Source of the DNA: an uncultured Nitrospiraceae bacterium
GTDB taxonomy: Bacteria; Nitrospirota; Thermodesulfovibrionia; Thermodesulfovibrionales; SM23-35
Assembly: GCA_963727775.1 (NCBI GenBank)
Contig: CAVSHB010000004.1
Coordinates: forward strand, 288,001-352,000
Direction of reading: 5' to 3'
DNA: 64,000 nucleotides
Position numbers and translations under genes: made by a program. Under the pieces are notes generated by a model. The model made no database searches. It saw nothing but the letters and a program-made list of their open reading frames with translations, and had not been told where the DNA came from. Positions 51,552-62,507 of this stretch are shown here, piece by piece (the first letter of the stretch is position 1; every line of letters begins with the position of its first letter).

Positions 51552-52481
51552 ATGACCCAGGCAAGAATCCTTGTTGTCGAAGACGACAAACTCCAGGCAA
51601 AGATCACAAGAGATTATTTAGAGTCATCCGGTTATGAGGTTGTTCTGGCTGAAGACGGAAAATCCGCAATCAAAACGGTAAAGACACAAAAGGTAGACAT
51701 AATCGTACTTGACCTTGTTCTCCCGGATATTAGCGGCAATGAGGTCTGCAGGTGGCTGAAAATGAACGATGATACAAAGAGCATACCGATAATCATGCTG
51801 ACTGTCAAGAGTTCCACGATGGAGAAGGTCGAAGGCCTGAAGGCAGGAGCTGATGACTATCTACCCAAGCCGTACAATGAGATCGAACTCAACGCAAGGA
51901 TTTATGCCAGCTTGAGAACAAAGGCATTACAGGACAAATTGAGAGAGAAAAACCGTGAGTTGGAGGATGCTCTGTCAAAGCTTGAACTCCTCTCGGTAAC
52001 CGATCACTTAACGAAGCTCTTTAACAGGAGATATTTTGAGACCGTCATTGATCAGGAGTTCAGCAGGACCCAAAGATTCAAGTCCGCTGCAGCCTGCATA
52101 ATGGTAGACGTCGACCATTTTAAGGATATTAACGATGAATACGGACACCGCACAGGTGACCTTGTTCTGAAAGAGATAGCAGGCATAATAAAAAGTTGCA
52201 TGAGAAAAATAGATACTGTAGCGAGATGGGGAGGGGAAGAGTTTATTGTTTTGCTTCCCGGAACATCAAAAGAAAATGCCTTGCATGCTGCTTCGAGAAT
52301 ATTAACATCGGTTGCCGACCATGAATTTCAAGATATCGGCAGACGCATCACCGTCAGCATAGGGGTAGCCAGCATCCCCGAGCCTTCTATAGACACAATT
52401 GAAAAATTTATTCACGCCTCTGACCTTGCTCTTTATGAAGCAAAATCAAAGGGACGCAACAGGATTGAAACAACCGCTTAA
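51552..52481 (+). CDS. Response regulator diguanylate cyclase
   Basis: REC domain; D.LT.L.NRR, DVDHFK.IND.YGH, RKID I-site, GGEEF. Confidence 0.92.
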   Translation: MTQARILVVEDDKLQAKITRDYLESSGYEVVLAEDGKSAIKTVKTQKVDIIVLDLVLPDISGNEVCRWLKMNDDTKSIPIIMLTVKSSTMEKVEGLKAGADDYLPKPYNEIELNARIYASLRTKALQDKLREKNRELEDALSKLELLSVTDHLTKLFNRRYFETVIDQEFSRTQRFKSAAACIMVDVDHFKDINDEYGHRTGDLVLKEIAGIIKSCMRKIDTVARWGGEEFIVLLPGTSKENALHAASRILTSVADHEFQDIGRRITVSIGVASIPEPSIDTIEKFIHASDLALYEAKSKGRNRIETTA

Positions 52482-52571
52482 TCCATGTAATAAAATCTCC
52501 GGATATTACTTTAATTATACTTTTTATTAAAATTTATTTACAAAAAGTGCAAATTATGTTATTTTGTTAAC

Positions 52572-53219
52572 ATGTGGGCACCGCTTAACGAAAACCCGTC
52601 GAGGGAAAAGATACTGTTACTCCTGAAGAAGAGCGGACCTCTCTCCATCGATGCGCTAAGCAAAGAATTGAATATAACCTCAATGGGTATACGACAACAC
52701 CTCCTTTCCCTGGAAAGGAAAGGCCTCATCGATTATATGATAAAAAGACAGGGTATCGGCAGACCGGCTTTTCTCTATAAACTGACTGAAAAAGCGGACT
52801 GTCTCTTTCCGAAAACATATGACAAGTTTATCCTGCATTTATTAAAAGACATTGAAAAACATGACGGCCCGAACAAGATAGAAGAAATTTTCAAGTGGCG
52901 CAAAACCAGACTTTCCAAGGATGCCAGGGAAGCCCTTTCCGACAAAAAGACGCTGCAGGATAGGGTTTATGGATTAAAGGATTTCCTCGAATCAGAGGGA
53001 TATCTTGCGGAAATATCTACTGCAACCGATTCCTATAATTTGAGACTGTTCAACTGCCCCATTTGCAAAATAGCTATAGACTACAAAGATGCATGTCAAT
53101 ACGACCTGCAGATATTCAGGGAGCTCCTCGGGAAAGAAGTGAACCGTGAGCAGTGCATAATCGACGGCAACCCATCCTGCACATACAGCATACCCAAAAA
53201 CAGTTCCAGACAAAACTAA
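52572..53219 (+). CDS. wHTH transcriptional regulator, SufR-like
   Basis: GIRQHL..LE..GL, GRP...Y.LT, FP..Y, NCP...C...C.....C. Confidence 0.8.
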   Translation: MWAPLNENPSREKILLLLKKSGPLSIDALSKELNITSMGIRQHLLSLERKGLIDYMIKRQGIGRPAFLYKLTEKADCLFPKTYDKFILHLLKDIEKHDGPNKIEEIFKWRKTRLSKDAREALSDKKTLQDRVYGLKDFLESEGYLAEISTATDSYNLRLFNCPICKIAIDYKDACQYDLQIFRELLGKEVNREQCIIDGNPSCTYSIPKNSSRQN

Positions 53220-53448
53220 AAGATTTACTTTACATTAACCTCATATTACCAAGGAATAATTAAATTATTACAAAAAGTAAATTTCTGTTATTTTCCTTAT
53301 CTTTGTCTTAATTTTTTATAAACCTCACACATTAATTAATTAAATTTGAAAATTTTTAGCTTGCTATAAGATACATTTTTATTTTATCTTAGGATATGGA
53401 AAAAATATATAAAACTAAGGAGGTTATTGCCACGATTATCGTGCAATC

Positions 53449-53622
53449 GCCTACCCTGTTCGTGATAGGGTGAACTTGTTGATCCGGCAAGTTAGATCTT
53501 TTGGGAGTTCGGGTAAAGAGTTGGTGTGCATGTCTCCCTCGAGGAGAAAGCCTAAAGACTCTTTCAGAGCACCCACCTATAAAACAGGCGGATCTAATTT
53601 CGCTTTACACGGCAGGGTGGGT
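53449..53622 (+). ncRNA. ssrS: 6S RNA
   Basis: About 175-nt rod closed by CTACCCTGTTCGTG/CACGGCAGGGTGG, inner AGATC/GATCT and AAAGAGT/ACTCTTT helices; upstream of rny. Confidence 0.85.
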
Positions 53623-53900
53623 TTATTTTTATAGGCTGGTTCTTATGACGATATTTTTTTGGAGGATTATACATAAAAATTATATGATAGAGAGCAGATG
53701 GAAATTTGTTTTCAAAATTAAGGAATTCCCGCCTCCAAAAATCTTGTCGGCGTCATAACCCCAGCCTTAACTCAACGCGGTTCTGCATGAAATGCAGAGT
53801 GTCTATAGGTCTATTCTTTTAGATACATTATGATGTTCCCCGAATCAAGTACGGGGTAACCCTTTGACAAAGGGAGATTGAGGAAGGGGGTTTACCATAA

Positions 53901-55457
53901 ATGACCATATATATATTGGCAGGTGTCTTTGCAGGTCTTATCGCCGGCTTAGTCTTAGTTCTTATATCCCAGGCAAAACTTAAAAGCAAGAAGGAGGCCA
54001 TTGAACAGGAAAGGACAAAGGTCATTGACGAGGCCAGGAGAGAATCCGATAGCATAAAAAAAGAGGCGCATGTAGAAGCCAAGGATATTGTGTATCAGTC
54101 CAAGGCCGAAGTGGAAAAAGATATCCGCGAGCGGCGTTCCGAGTTGAACCATCTTGATAAAAGACTCAGGCAAAAAGAAGAAAACATCGATAGAAAATTC
54201 GAGCAGATTGAAAAAAAGGAACAGGAACTTTCCAAAAAAGAGAAAGAGTATTCTTCCAGGGACAAGGGCATACTTGAAAAGGAAAATCATTACAACAAGC
54301 TTATAAAAGACCAGACGGAGCTGCTTGAAAAGATATCCGAGCTGAGTTCAGAAGAAGCAAGAAGCGAACTCTTAAAGAAAATTGAAGAAGAATCAAGGTT
54401 TGAAGCTGCTAAGCTCGCAAAAAAGATTGAGGATGAGTCAAGAGAAATCGCAGAGAAAAAGGCAAAAGAAATCATCGGCTTTTCCATACAACGATACGCG
54501 AGCGATTATGTCGCCGACAGTACCGTAACTTCTGTAAGCCTGCCTAATGACGAAATGAAAGGCAGGATTATCGGCAGGGAAGGCAGGAACATAAGGGCAC
54601 TGGAGGCCGCAACAGGCGTAGACCTTATTGTGGATGATACGCCTGAAACCGTAACACTCTCTGCGTTTGACCCCGTCAGGCGTGAAATTGCAAGACTCTC
54701 CCTTGAAAGACTGATAACAGACGGCAGAATTCATCCGACGAGGATTGAGGAGATAGTTGAGAAGGTAAAAAAGGAAGTTGAAACATATATCAGGGAAGAA
54801 GGTGAAAAAGCAGTATTTGACTTCGGACTTTCCGGCATACATCCCGAACTGGTAAAGCTTATAGGAAGATTAAAGTACAGGACATCTTACGGTCAGAACG
54901 TTCTTCAGCATTCGAGAGAGGTGGCATACCTTGCGGGCATGATGGCCGGAGAACTGAGAGTTGACATAAAACTTGCAAAGAGGGCCGGCATGCTTCACGA
55001 TATCGGGAAAGCCGTGGACCATGAAATTGAAGGTTCACACCAGGAGATAGGCGCAAACATCGCAAAGAAGTTCGGGGAAAACTTCAAAGTTGTAAATGCC
55101 GTTATGGTACATCACGGAGAAGGAGATCCCGTAACCGTTGAGGCCGCCCTTATAGGCGCCGCTGATGCCCTTTCGGCCGCGCGCCCGGGCGTCAGGAAAG
55201 AAAGCATAGAGAACTATCTGAAACGGCTGGAGAAGCTTGAACAGATGGCATTGTCTTACAAGGGCGTCGAAAAATGCTATGCAATCCAAGCCGGCAGGGA
55301 AATAAGAATAATCGTAAAGCCCGAGGATGTGAGTGATGAAATATCATCTATGATTTCAAGGGAACTCGCTAGGAAAATTGAGGCGGAGATGTCATACCCC
55401 GGACAGATAAAAGTCACTGTTATAAGGGAATCAAGATACGTCGAGTATGCAAAGTAA
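53901..55457 (+). CDS. rny: Ribonuclease Y
   Basis: TM, coiled coil, KH ([12 protein letters not shown]), HD (LHDIGK). Confidence 0.97.
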   Translation: MTIYILAGVFAGLIAGLVLVLISQAKLKSKKEAIEQERTKVIDEARRESDSIKKEAHVEAKDIVYQSKAEVEKDIRERRSELNHLDKRLRQKEENIDRKFEQIEKKEQELSKKEKEYSSRDKGILEKENHYNKLIKDQTELLEKISELSSEEARSELLKKIEEESRFEAAKLAKKIEDESREIAEKKAKEIIGFSIQRYASDYVADSTVTSVSLPNDEMKGRIIGREGRNIRALEAATGVDLIVDDTPETVTLSAFDPVRREIARLSLERLITDGRIHPTRIEEIVEKVKKEVETYIREEGEKAVFDFGLSGIHPELVKLIGRLKYRTSYGQNVLQHSREVAYLAGMMAGELRVDIKLAKRAGMLHDIGKAVDHEIEGSHQEIGANIAKKFGENFKVVNAVMVHHGEGDPVTVEAALIGAADALSAARPGVRKESIENYLKRLEKLEQMALSYKGVEKCYAIQAGREIRIIVKPEDVSDEISSMISRELARKIEAEMSYPGQIKVTVIRESRYVEYAK

Positions 55458-55462
55458 TATCC

Positions 55463-56242
55463 ATGAAAGTTCTTTTCATCGGTGACATAGTCGGGAAGCT
55501 CGGCAGGACCGCTACAAAAGCGTTACTGCCGGCTGTTGCAAACAGGTACAAGATCGATCTCGTCATAGCAAACGGTGAAAATGCAGCCGGCGGCTTTGGG
55601 ATAACCGAGAAAATAGTCACGGAAATCTTCGGCTACGGGGTGCACATCATCACTACAGGGAACCACGTATGGGACAAGAAAGAGTTTATACCCCAGATAT
55701 CAAAGGAAGACAGGGTCCTCAGGCCGTTAAACTATCCGCCGGGGGTGCCGGGATATGGAAGCCTGCTTTACCCTATGCACAATACTAAAGCGGCAGTCAT
55801 CAATCTTTCCGGGCGGGTGTTTATGTCGAACAGCGACTGCCCTTTCAGAATCGGCAAAGATGAAGTTGAAAGACTGCTCAAAGAGACTAAAATAATCATC
55901 ATTGATTTTCACGCAGAGGCTACGTCTGAGAAGATTGCTTTCGGGTATTTTATTGACGGTAAGGCAAGCGCCGTTATTGGGACCCACACCCATGTTCAGA
56001 CAGCCGATGAAAAGATATTGCCCGGGGGAACCGCATATATAACCGATGTTGGGATGACAGGCCCGAGCGATTCGGTAATAGGTATCGATAAAGAACAGAT
56101 CATCCAGAGATTTCTGACAAATATACCGACGCGATTCGAAACAGCAAGTGGAGAGGCATGTCTTTCTGCCGTTGTTATCGAGATAGATGAAAAGTCAGGG
56201 AAGTCTACCGCTATCCAAAGGCTCCAACTCAAATATCCGTAG
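55463..56242 (+). CDS. ymdB: YmdB/TIGR00282 metallophosphoesterase
   Basis: GDIVG, NGEN, GNH, DFHAEATSEK, GTHTH. Confidence 0.93.
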   Translation: MKVLFIGDIVGKLGRTATKALLPAVANRYKIDLVIANGENAAGGFGITEKIVTEIFGYGVHIITTGNHVWDKKEFIPQISKEDRVLRPLNYPPGVPGYGSLLYPMHNTKAAVINLSGRVFMSNSDCPFRIGKDEVERLLKETKIIIIDFHAEATSEKIAFGYFIDGKASAVIGTHTHVQTADEKILPGGTAYITDVGMTGPSDSVIGIDKEQIIQRFLTNIPTRFETASGEACLSAVVIEIDEKSGKSTAIQRLQLKYP

Positions 56243-56322
56243 AAAGTTTTTTTTCATTCCCAAAATATTAGCCCCTTTCCAATAAACCCGCGAAAAATTA
56301 TGGGGTTCTATTTTGCAGGAGT

Positions 56323-56724
56323 CTATTGCGGTATCTGTGGCGCTTGCTGCGTTTGCGGCGCTTGCTGTAATGGTTTTTGAGGCGCCTGCTGTTTAGTAGG
56401 CTGCAGCGGCTGCGAGCCTGTTCCCTGAACAGGACCGGACGGTATCGGCATTGCTTTCTGTCCCTGCGTTACAGGGACCCTTCTAACAACGGAACCGCCT
56501 TTTGTAGTAACGACCGCCAGCAAGAGAGAGGTCAACATAAATCCGATTGCCGCGAACGTCGTCATTTTGCTGAGAAAAGTTGCGGCCCCACGGCTCCCAA
56601 AAAGTGTCTGGCTCGAACCTCCGAAGGCAGCGCCCATTTCCGCGCCCTTCCCGCTCTGCAGGAGCACTACAGCAATTAGAAAAAGTGATACAATGATATG
56701 AACGATTGTTATAAGTATTGTCAT
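56323..56724 (-). CDS. secG: Preprotein translocase SecG
   Basis: VLLQSGKGA.MGAAFGG.SQTLFG. Confidence 0.95.
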   Translation of the reverse strand: MTILITIVHIIVSLFLIAVVLLQSGKGAEMGAAFGGSSQTLFGSRGAATFLSKMTTFAAIGFMLTSLLLAVVTTKGGSVVRRVPVTQGQKAMPIPSGPVQGTGSQPLQPTKQQAPQKPLQQAPQTQQAPQIPQ

Positions 56725-57470
56725 TTACCCGTCCTGAATTTAACTATTTTTGTAAAACTATCAACCTTCAGGCTTGCGCCTCCGACCAATGCGCCGTCTA
56801 CATCCTTGCAAGCCATAAGTGAATCAACATTCTCCGGCGTCACACTGCCGCCATATAGTATACACAATTCATCAGCCCTATTTCCATATAAAACTCTCAG
56901 TTTCTCTCTGATATATGCATGCGCTTCCTGTGCCTGTTCGGTAGTAGCGGTCTTTCCTGTACCTATAGCCCATATCGGCTCATATGCGATTACCAGGTCC
57001 CGGCAGTCGAGCCCTTCAAGCCCTTTTTCAATCTCCCTCTGCAATATCTCAAAAGCCTTGCCCGCCTCCCTCTCAGATGACGATTCACCGATGCAGAAGA
57101 TGACCCCGAGACCGGCCTTTTGGGCGGCACTGATTTTCCTGTTCATAAGATCGTCTGTTTCATCGAAATATTGCCTTCTCTCGGAATGACCTATAATGAC
57201 AAATTTACATCCGATGTCTACGAGCATCAGAGGAGAAATCTCTCCTGTATACGCGCCTTTCTCTTCATAGAACATATTCTGCGCGGAAAGAATGATATTG
57301 GTGCCCTTAAGCTCCGTTGCCGCGGATGCCAATGAAGTGAAAGGCGGCGCGATAACGATCGTAACATCAGACTTGTCTTTTACTTCAGGAATAAACGCCG
57401 ACAAAAACTCCCGAGTTTCACGTATCGTCTTGTTCATCTTCCAGTTCGCTGCTATAAAAGGTTTTCTCAT
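56721..57470 (-). CDS. tpiA: Triosephosphate isomerase
   Basis: NWKM, GHSERR, AYEPIWAIGTG, YGGSV, LVGGASL. Confidence 0.97.
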   Translation of the reverse strand: MRKPFIAANWKMNKTIRETREFLSAFIPEVKDKSDVTIVIAPPFTSLASAATELKGTNIILSAQNMFYEEKGAYTGEISPLMLVDIGCKFVIIGHSERRQYFDETDDLMNRKISAAQKAGLGVIFCIGESSSEREAGKAFEILQREIEKGLEGLDCRDLVIAYEPIWAIGTGKTATTEQAQEAHAYIREKLRVLYGNRADELCILYGGSVTPENVDSLMACKDVDGALVGGASLKVDSFTKIVKFRTGK

Positions 57471-57608
57471 GGTCATACTTTAATTGCTGGTTCATCTCTT
57501 GTCAAGCATGTCTTTGGTCAGAACATATCCGGGCACTTTAAAAAATTTTGCGTTACAAGTAAAATACCAACTGTTTTATAATCCTGATAAAAAACATAAG
57601 GAGGGAAT

Positions 57609-58967
57609 GTGAACAGACAGATCATATTAAATGAAAAGGATATACCAAAGCAGTGGTACAATATCCAGGCCGATCTGCCGAATCCTGTACCGCCGCCTCT
57701 CAACCCGGCGACAGGGCAGCCTATAACGCCTGATATGCTCGCACCGGTTTTTCCCATGAACCTGATCGAGCAAGAAGTGAGTACGGAAAGGTGGATCGAC
57801 ATCCCCGATAAGGTACTGGAGAAATATCTTATATGGAGACCTACCCCTCTGTGCAGGGCGCATTTCCTGGAGAAATTTCTCGATACACCGGCCCACATAT
57901 ATTTCAAAAACGAAGGGGTGAGCCCTCCGGGAAGCCATAAGCCGAATACGGCGATAGCCCAGGCATATTACAATAAAGCTTTCGGCATAAAGAGGCTCGC
58001 AACTGAAACAGGCGCGGGCCAATGGGGGAGCGCTCTCTCTTTTGCATGCCAACAATTCGGTCTGGAACTGAAGGTATATATGGTCAGGATAAGTTACAAC
58101 CAAAAACCTTACAGGAGACTCATGATGGAGACCTGGGGTTCAAAATGCGTACCGAGCCCGAGTCCTGATACCAATGCCGGCAGAAAATTTCTTGAACAGG
58201 ACCCCGAGCATCCGGGAAGTTTAGGCATAGCCATCAGCGAGGCCATAGAAGACGCCGTAACAACAAAGGACTCAAGATACTCTCTAGGAAGCGTTTTAAA
58301 TCATGTGCTCCTCCATCAGACAATACTCGGCCTTGAAGCGCACAAACAGCTTGAGTCTGTTGGAGAATATCCTGACATCGTAATAGGATGCGCGGGCGGC
58401 GGCAGCAACTTTGGAGGACTCGCCCTTCCCTTTGTGAGGGACAAGATTCACGGGAAACAGATCAAGATCATTGCCGCTGAACCGTCATCCTGCCCTTCTT
58501 TGACAAAGGGGTCCTATATATATGATTTCGGTGATACAGCCGAGACCACGCCGTTGCTGGCCATGTGCACCCTCGGACACAAGTTCATCCCCGCGCCGAT
58601 TCATGCCGGCGGTCTCAGATATCATGGAATGTCGCCAATCGTATCAAGACTACTGATGGACAAACTGATAGAGGCAAAGGCTTATACACAGCTTGAAACC
58701 TTTTCCGCTGGAGTGACCTTTGCGAGAACGGAAGGTTTCATCCCGGCCCCTGAAACAAACCATGCTATTGCGTGTGTTATTGAAGAGGCAAAAAAAGCAA
58801 AAGAAGAAGGCAAGGAAAAAGTAATTCTCATGAACTGGAGCGGACACGGTATCATAGACCTTGCGGCCTATGACGCATATTTCTCCGGCAAGCTTGAAGA
58901 TTATGTCCTGCCGGATGATGAAATACAGAAGCTTTTAAAAGACCTGGATAAATACCCAAGACCGTAA
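57609..58967 (+). CDS. TrpB2-type tryptophan synthase beta-like protein
   Basis: [36 protein letters not shown]. Confidence 0.93.
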   Translation: MNRQIILNEKDIPKQWYNIQADLPNPVPPPLNPATGQPITPDMLAPVFPMNLIEQEVSTERWIDIPDKVLEKYLIWRPTPLCRAHFLEKFLDTPAHIYFKNEGVSPPGSHKPNTAIAQAYYNKAFGIKRLATETGAGQWGSALSFACQQFGLELKVYMVRISYNQKPYRRLMMETWGSKCVPSPSPDTNAGRKFLEQDPEHPGSLGIAISEAIEDAVTTKDSRYSLGSVLNHVLLHQTILGLEAHKQLESVGEYPDIVIGCAGGGSNFGGLALPFVRDKIHGKQIKIIAAEPSSCPSLTKGSYIYDFGDTAETTPLLAMCTLGHKFIPAPIHAGGLRYHGMSPIVSRLLMDKLIEAKAYTQLETFSAGVTFARTEGFIPAPETNHAIACVIEEAKKAKEEGKEKVILMNWSGHGIIDLAAYDAYFSGKLEDYVLPDDEIQKLLKDLDKYPRP

Positions 58968-58974
58968 AGTCTCA

Positions 58975-59001
58975 ATAAGGGGGGATTTATTCCCCCCTTA
59001 T
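58975..59001. terminator. Hairpin after trpB2
   Basis: ATAAGGGGG...CCCCCTTAT stem just past the stop; no long U tract. Confidence 0.55.
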
Positions 59002-59102
59002 CTCACCCTTCTCTCTTGCGAAAACATTGTTTGCGAATTCATGAGCGGCCTCATTTCCTCATTCCCTTGCGAAAAAAAAGGGTCCGAAGGATGGAGATAT
59101 TA

Positions 59103-59183
59103 TTACCTTTTAGTCAATATCCTGATGATGATATAAACTGAAAACATAATTGCCACCGCAATTATAAAAGTCTTGATTTCCAT
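59103..59183 (-). CDS. Putative 26-aa membrane peptide
   Basis: SD GAGG; MEIKTFIIAVAIMFSVYIIIRILTKR. Confidence 0.45.
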   Translation of the reverse strand: MEIKTFIIAVAIMFSVYIIIRILTKR

Positions 59184-59251
59184 TTCTACCTCTGGAGCTG
59201 CCGATAATTTGCTGAACTCTCTTATTTTATCATATGTGCTATTCTATAAAC

Positions 59252-59479
59252 ATGGACATCTACTGCCCCCAGTTGGGGATGCTAATCGAATTTTCTTATT
59301 GTACTTCGATGAATGAAGGGCTGCCTTGCAGGAATATTATCGGCTGCTGGAAAGAGAGGACTGACATCACCGTGTTTCTGAAAGCTAATTATTCAGACGA
59401 GGAATTAAAGAAGGTCTTCTGCAGGCCCGCAAAATCAAGGTTAGACCGCATCGTCGAATCCATAAAAGAAACTGACTGA
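59252..59479 (+). CDS. Small four-Cys hypothetical protein
   Basis: CPQLG...YC...LPC..I.GCW; extended -10 six nt upstream. Confidence 0.7.
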   Translation: MDIYCPQLGMLIEFSYCTSMNEGLPCRNIIGCWKERTDITVFLKANYSDEELKKVFCRPAKSRLDRIVESIKETD

Positions 59480-59628
59480 GCATCCTTTTCATAAACACCT
59501 TCTTCCTTTCCTGCATATCTTTTGTTATCCGGACGGCTCTATGAACAGGCGCATTTCGCTGCTTTGTCCGGTTGACTTCTGTAAAAGAAAACGGTACTCT
59601 CAAATAATGCAGAGCTGGAGGGATTGAC

Positions 59629-60936
59629 ATGAATCTGATAAATAAAATCAAACATCGCAGTGCTTCGGTGGGCGTTATCGGCCTCGGTTATGTCGGGTTG
59701 CCATTGGTTATCGCGTTCGGAAACGCGGGGTTTCGTGTAACCGGGTTTGACCTCGATGAGGAGAAGGTCAAGGTGCTCAATAACGGCGGATCGTATTTAA
59801 AGCATATTTCTTCCGAACGGATAAAGACACTGAAAGAAAATGATAATTTTCATGCGACTACCGACTTTTCCTTGCTGGAAGATATGGACTGTATCATTAT
59901 TTGCGTTCCGACTCCTCTGACAAAACATAGAGAACCCGATCTTTCCTTTATATTGAAAACTTCCGATACCGTCGCAAAACATCTGAGGAAAGGCCAGCTC
60001 ATCGTTCTTGAATCTACAACATATCCAGGGACCACCGATGAAAATGTGAAAGCGATCCTTGAAACAAAAGAGATGAAGGCGGGAAGGGATTTCTTTCTCG
60101 CATATTCTCCAGAGAGAGAAGATCCCAATAACAAACATTTTTCCGTAACAAATATACCCAAGATAGTCGGAGGTTATACTAAAAAATGCCTGGAACTCGC
60201 AGAGACTCTCTATGGGGGCATAGTTGAAAAAACCGTGCCTGTATCGTCTACAAAAACAGCAGAGGCGGCGAAACTTCTCGAGAACATATACAGGGCTGTA
60301 AACATCGCATTGGTAAATGAGCTGAAGATCCTTTTTGACAGGATGGATATAGATGTGTGGGAGGTAATTGAGGCGGCAAAGACAAAGCCTTTCGGATTCC
60401 AGGCGTTCTATCCCGGGCCCGGTCTGGGCGGGCACTGCATACCAATAGACCCTTTCTACCTCGCATGGAAGGCGCATGAGTACGATTTTCATACAAAATT
60501 CATCGAACTGGCCGGGGACATCAATACCTCAATGCCCTATTATGTGGTAGACAAGATCGCCGAAGCTCTTAACAAAAAAGGAAAGGCGATAAACTTTTCC
60601 AGGATTCTTGTTTTGGGACTTGCCTATAAAAAGGACGTCGATGACATAAGAGAGTCTCCGTCTTTGAAGCTCATAGAACTCCTTACGGGAAAAGGCGCTC
60701 ACGTTGACTATAATGATCCTTATATACCGAAAACACGTAAAATGCGCATGTATGATTTAAAGAAAAGCTCTGTTCCCTTAACTGAGAAAACCCTCGGGGA
60801 TTATGATTGTGTTCTTATTGCAACTGATCATTCCTGCTACGACTATGAGTTCATTGTAAAAAATTCATTATTGGTCGTAGATACCCGCAACGCAACCAAG
60901 GGGATCAAAGGTAATGGAAAAGTGCTGAAGGCATAA
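59629..60936 (+). CDS. UDP-N-acetylhexosamine 6-dehydrogenase (WbpA/WecC family)
   Basis: GLGYVG, CVPTP, ESTTYPG, SPER, GGHCIPID, D.RESP. Confidence 0.93.
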   Translation: MNLINKIKHRSASVGVIGLGYVGLPLVIAFGNAGFRVTGFDLDEEKVKVLNNGGSYLKHISSERIKTLKENDNFHATTDFSLLEDMDCIIICVPTPLTKHREPDLSFILKTSDTVAKHLRKGQLIVLESTTYPGTTDENVKAILETKEMKAGRDFFLAYSPEREDPNNKHFSVTNIPKIVGGYTKKCLELAETLYGGIVEKTVPVSSTKTAEAAKLLENIYRAVNIALVNELKILFDRMDIDVWEVIEAAKTKPFGFQAFYPGPGLGGHCIPIDPFYLAWKAHEYDFHTKFIELAGDINTSMPYYVVDKIAEALNKKGKAINFSRILVLGLAYKKDVDDIRESPSLKLIELLTGKGAHVDYNDPYIPKTRKMRMYDLKKSSVPLTEKTLGDYDCVLIATDHSCYDYEFIVKNSLLVVDTRNATKGIKGNGKVLKA

Positions 60937-60976
60937 ATTAATTTTCCTCTTTCATATTCATGTTGTAATTCTTTTT

Positions 60977-61187
60977 TTATTGCCGCCGTTCAGAATATTC
61001 CTTGGCTTTTCTATAGATATCTTCGACAGTCATTCCGGCAAAAAGTTCGTCTTGTAATTTCACATAATCTCTCTTTTCATAGGCGACCTGAGAAAGAAAG
61101 CGGATAGCGTCCACCTCTCCAAGGGTCTTAAAGAGAGCTGCCAGTCCCTTTTTTTTTGATTTCCATATCACTTGCCATCTCAGCCAT
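60977..61187 (-). pseudogene. Antitoxin-like gene, +1 frameshift in A9 run
   Basis: MAEMASDMEIKK continues as KGLAALFKTLGEVDAIRF only if A9 (61149-61157) were A8. Confidence 0.6.
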
Positions 61188-61192
61188 ATTAT

Positions 61193-61595
61193 CTATACCT
61201 CCATTTCCTCGACAAACATAACAGGGTTAATCACCTTGATATTTATATTTCTCGCTCTCTTTATTAGTTTATCATCACAAGTCAAAAAATAGTCAGCGCC
61301 ACCTTTTAGAGCGCAGACAAGATGCAATGCATCACGTGGTTTAACGCCCTGTTTTTCAAAAGCCTGCGCGGAAGCAAGAATGGTCTCATCAGGTCTTATT
61401 GTATAATGGGCAAGGACAGCTACTTGTTTAATTTCCTGCCGGATGTCGGTATTAGGATTGAGACTGTTTTCATAATCGAGCATAAATGACCAAAGAAGCT
61501 GAAGACCACCTTCTTTAACTCTCTGCAATATCGAAAAAGCAGCTATCGTTTCAAGCCGTATCCTGACTTGTGCCTGGTCGTCGAACGGCCTGTTT
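61193..61595 (-). pseudogene. PIN-domain toxin lacking its N-terminus
   Basis: NRPFDDQ.Q.RIRLE, DALHL..A, FLTCD; the first YLD acidic motif and start are missing. Confidence 0.75.
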
Positions 61596-62408
61596 CTGTT
61601 TGAACAGTTTTTCATTGTGAACTTCCTTGAAGGCAAATTCATTGTTTGTATAGAACTTGAGCGCCTTCAGCATGGCTGTCATCTTGTCTTTGGCTATTGC
61701 CTTCTTGTGATATCTGAAGGCCTTTTCTACATAGTCGTTTTCGAAATAAATGATCTCCTCTTTGAGGTATTCCCTCATGCCGACTTGATAGAGTTTTTGC
61801 AGGCGGTCCTGTAGGTCTTCGTAATTGTCTATCCCCTCTTTCCACTGGAAATCCACAACATCGTTTGATTCCTTGCTCTCATCTACAACCTTGCAAATGG
61901 CGTTCTCATATTTAATGCTGTTGTTCAGAACTGCAGAGGAATAAAGACAAAGATATTTAGTATTACGATCTTGCTGCAGATAGCTAAAAAGCTGTCCTCC
62001 GTTAGCCTGCATTCTGGTTTTGCCCTTTTCGTATTCCTGTCCCCACGTCTTGCATTCAATAATTAAAATGGTGTTGCCGTCACTGCCTTTGATTGTAATG
62101 TCAGCTTTGCCACCCTTTTGAGTACGGCCAAGTGCCCATTTCTTTTCAAGGTGCAGATCTTCTGGTCGATAGCCTTTTTTTAGGAGGCGATCAACACATT
62201 CAAGAACGACAAAATTCTCAGGATGGGAAAAATGAGTTGAAGTTTCATCACCTATTTGAATTGACTGAGGATAAAGAATTTTCTTTTTTTGAAAATCGAC
62301 ACTGATAGCACAACCGTGCTCTTTATATTCCCTGACAAAAATGTCCCTTGAGCTTTCCTGTTGAAAACCGAGCAATTGAATCAGGTTGAGAATTTCTTGT
62401 TCTCGCAT
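61551..62408 (-). pseudogene. Truncated restriction-modification enzyme (HsdR_N-type PD-(D/E)xK domain)
   Basis: ENFVVLECV.RLL.KGY, ADI...IIECKT, QLFSY; ends before any methyltransferase motif. Confidence 0.75.
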
Positions 62409-62507
62409 GGAACTAAGGGAATTATAAAGAAAATGAGAACGAATAATCCAGTCTCCGAAGACCTCGGAATGGGTCAATCAAAGAACCTTCCAGGTTTTCC
62501 AAAACCC

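Noticed and set aside
53416..53466. SD-like AAGGAGG and a 12-codon TTG ORF running into the 6S 5' end
   Set aside because: Too short to assess; no resemblance to ZapA
53501..53758. 85-aa ORF in the track
   Set aside because: Overlaps 6S RNA and the structured leader; no protein features
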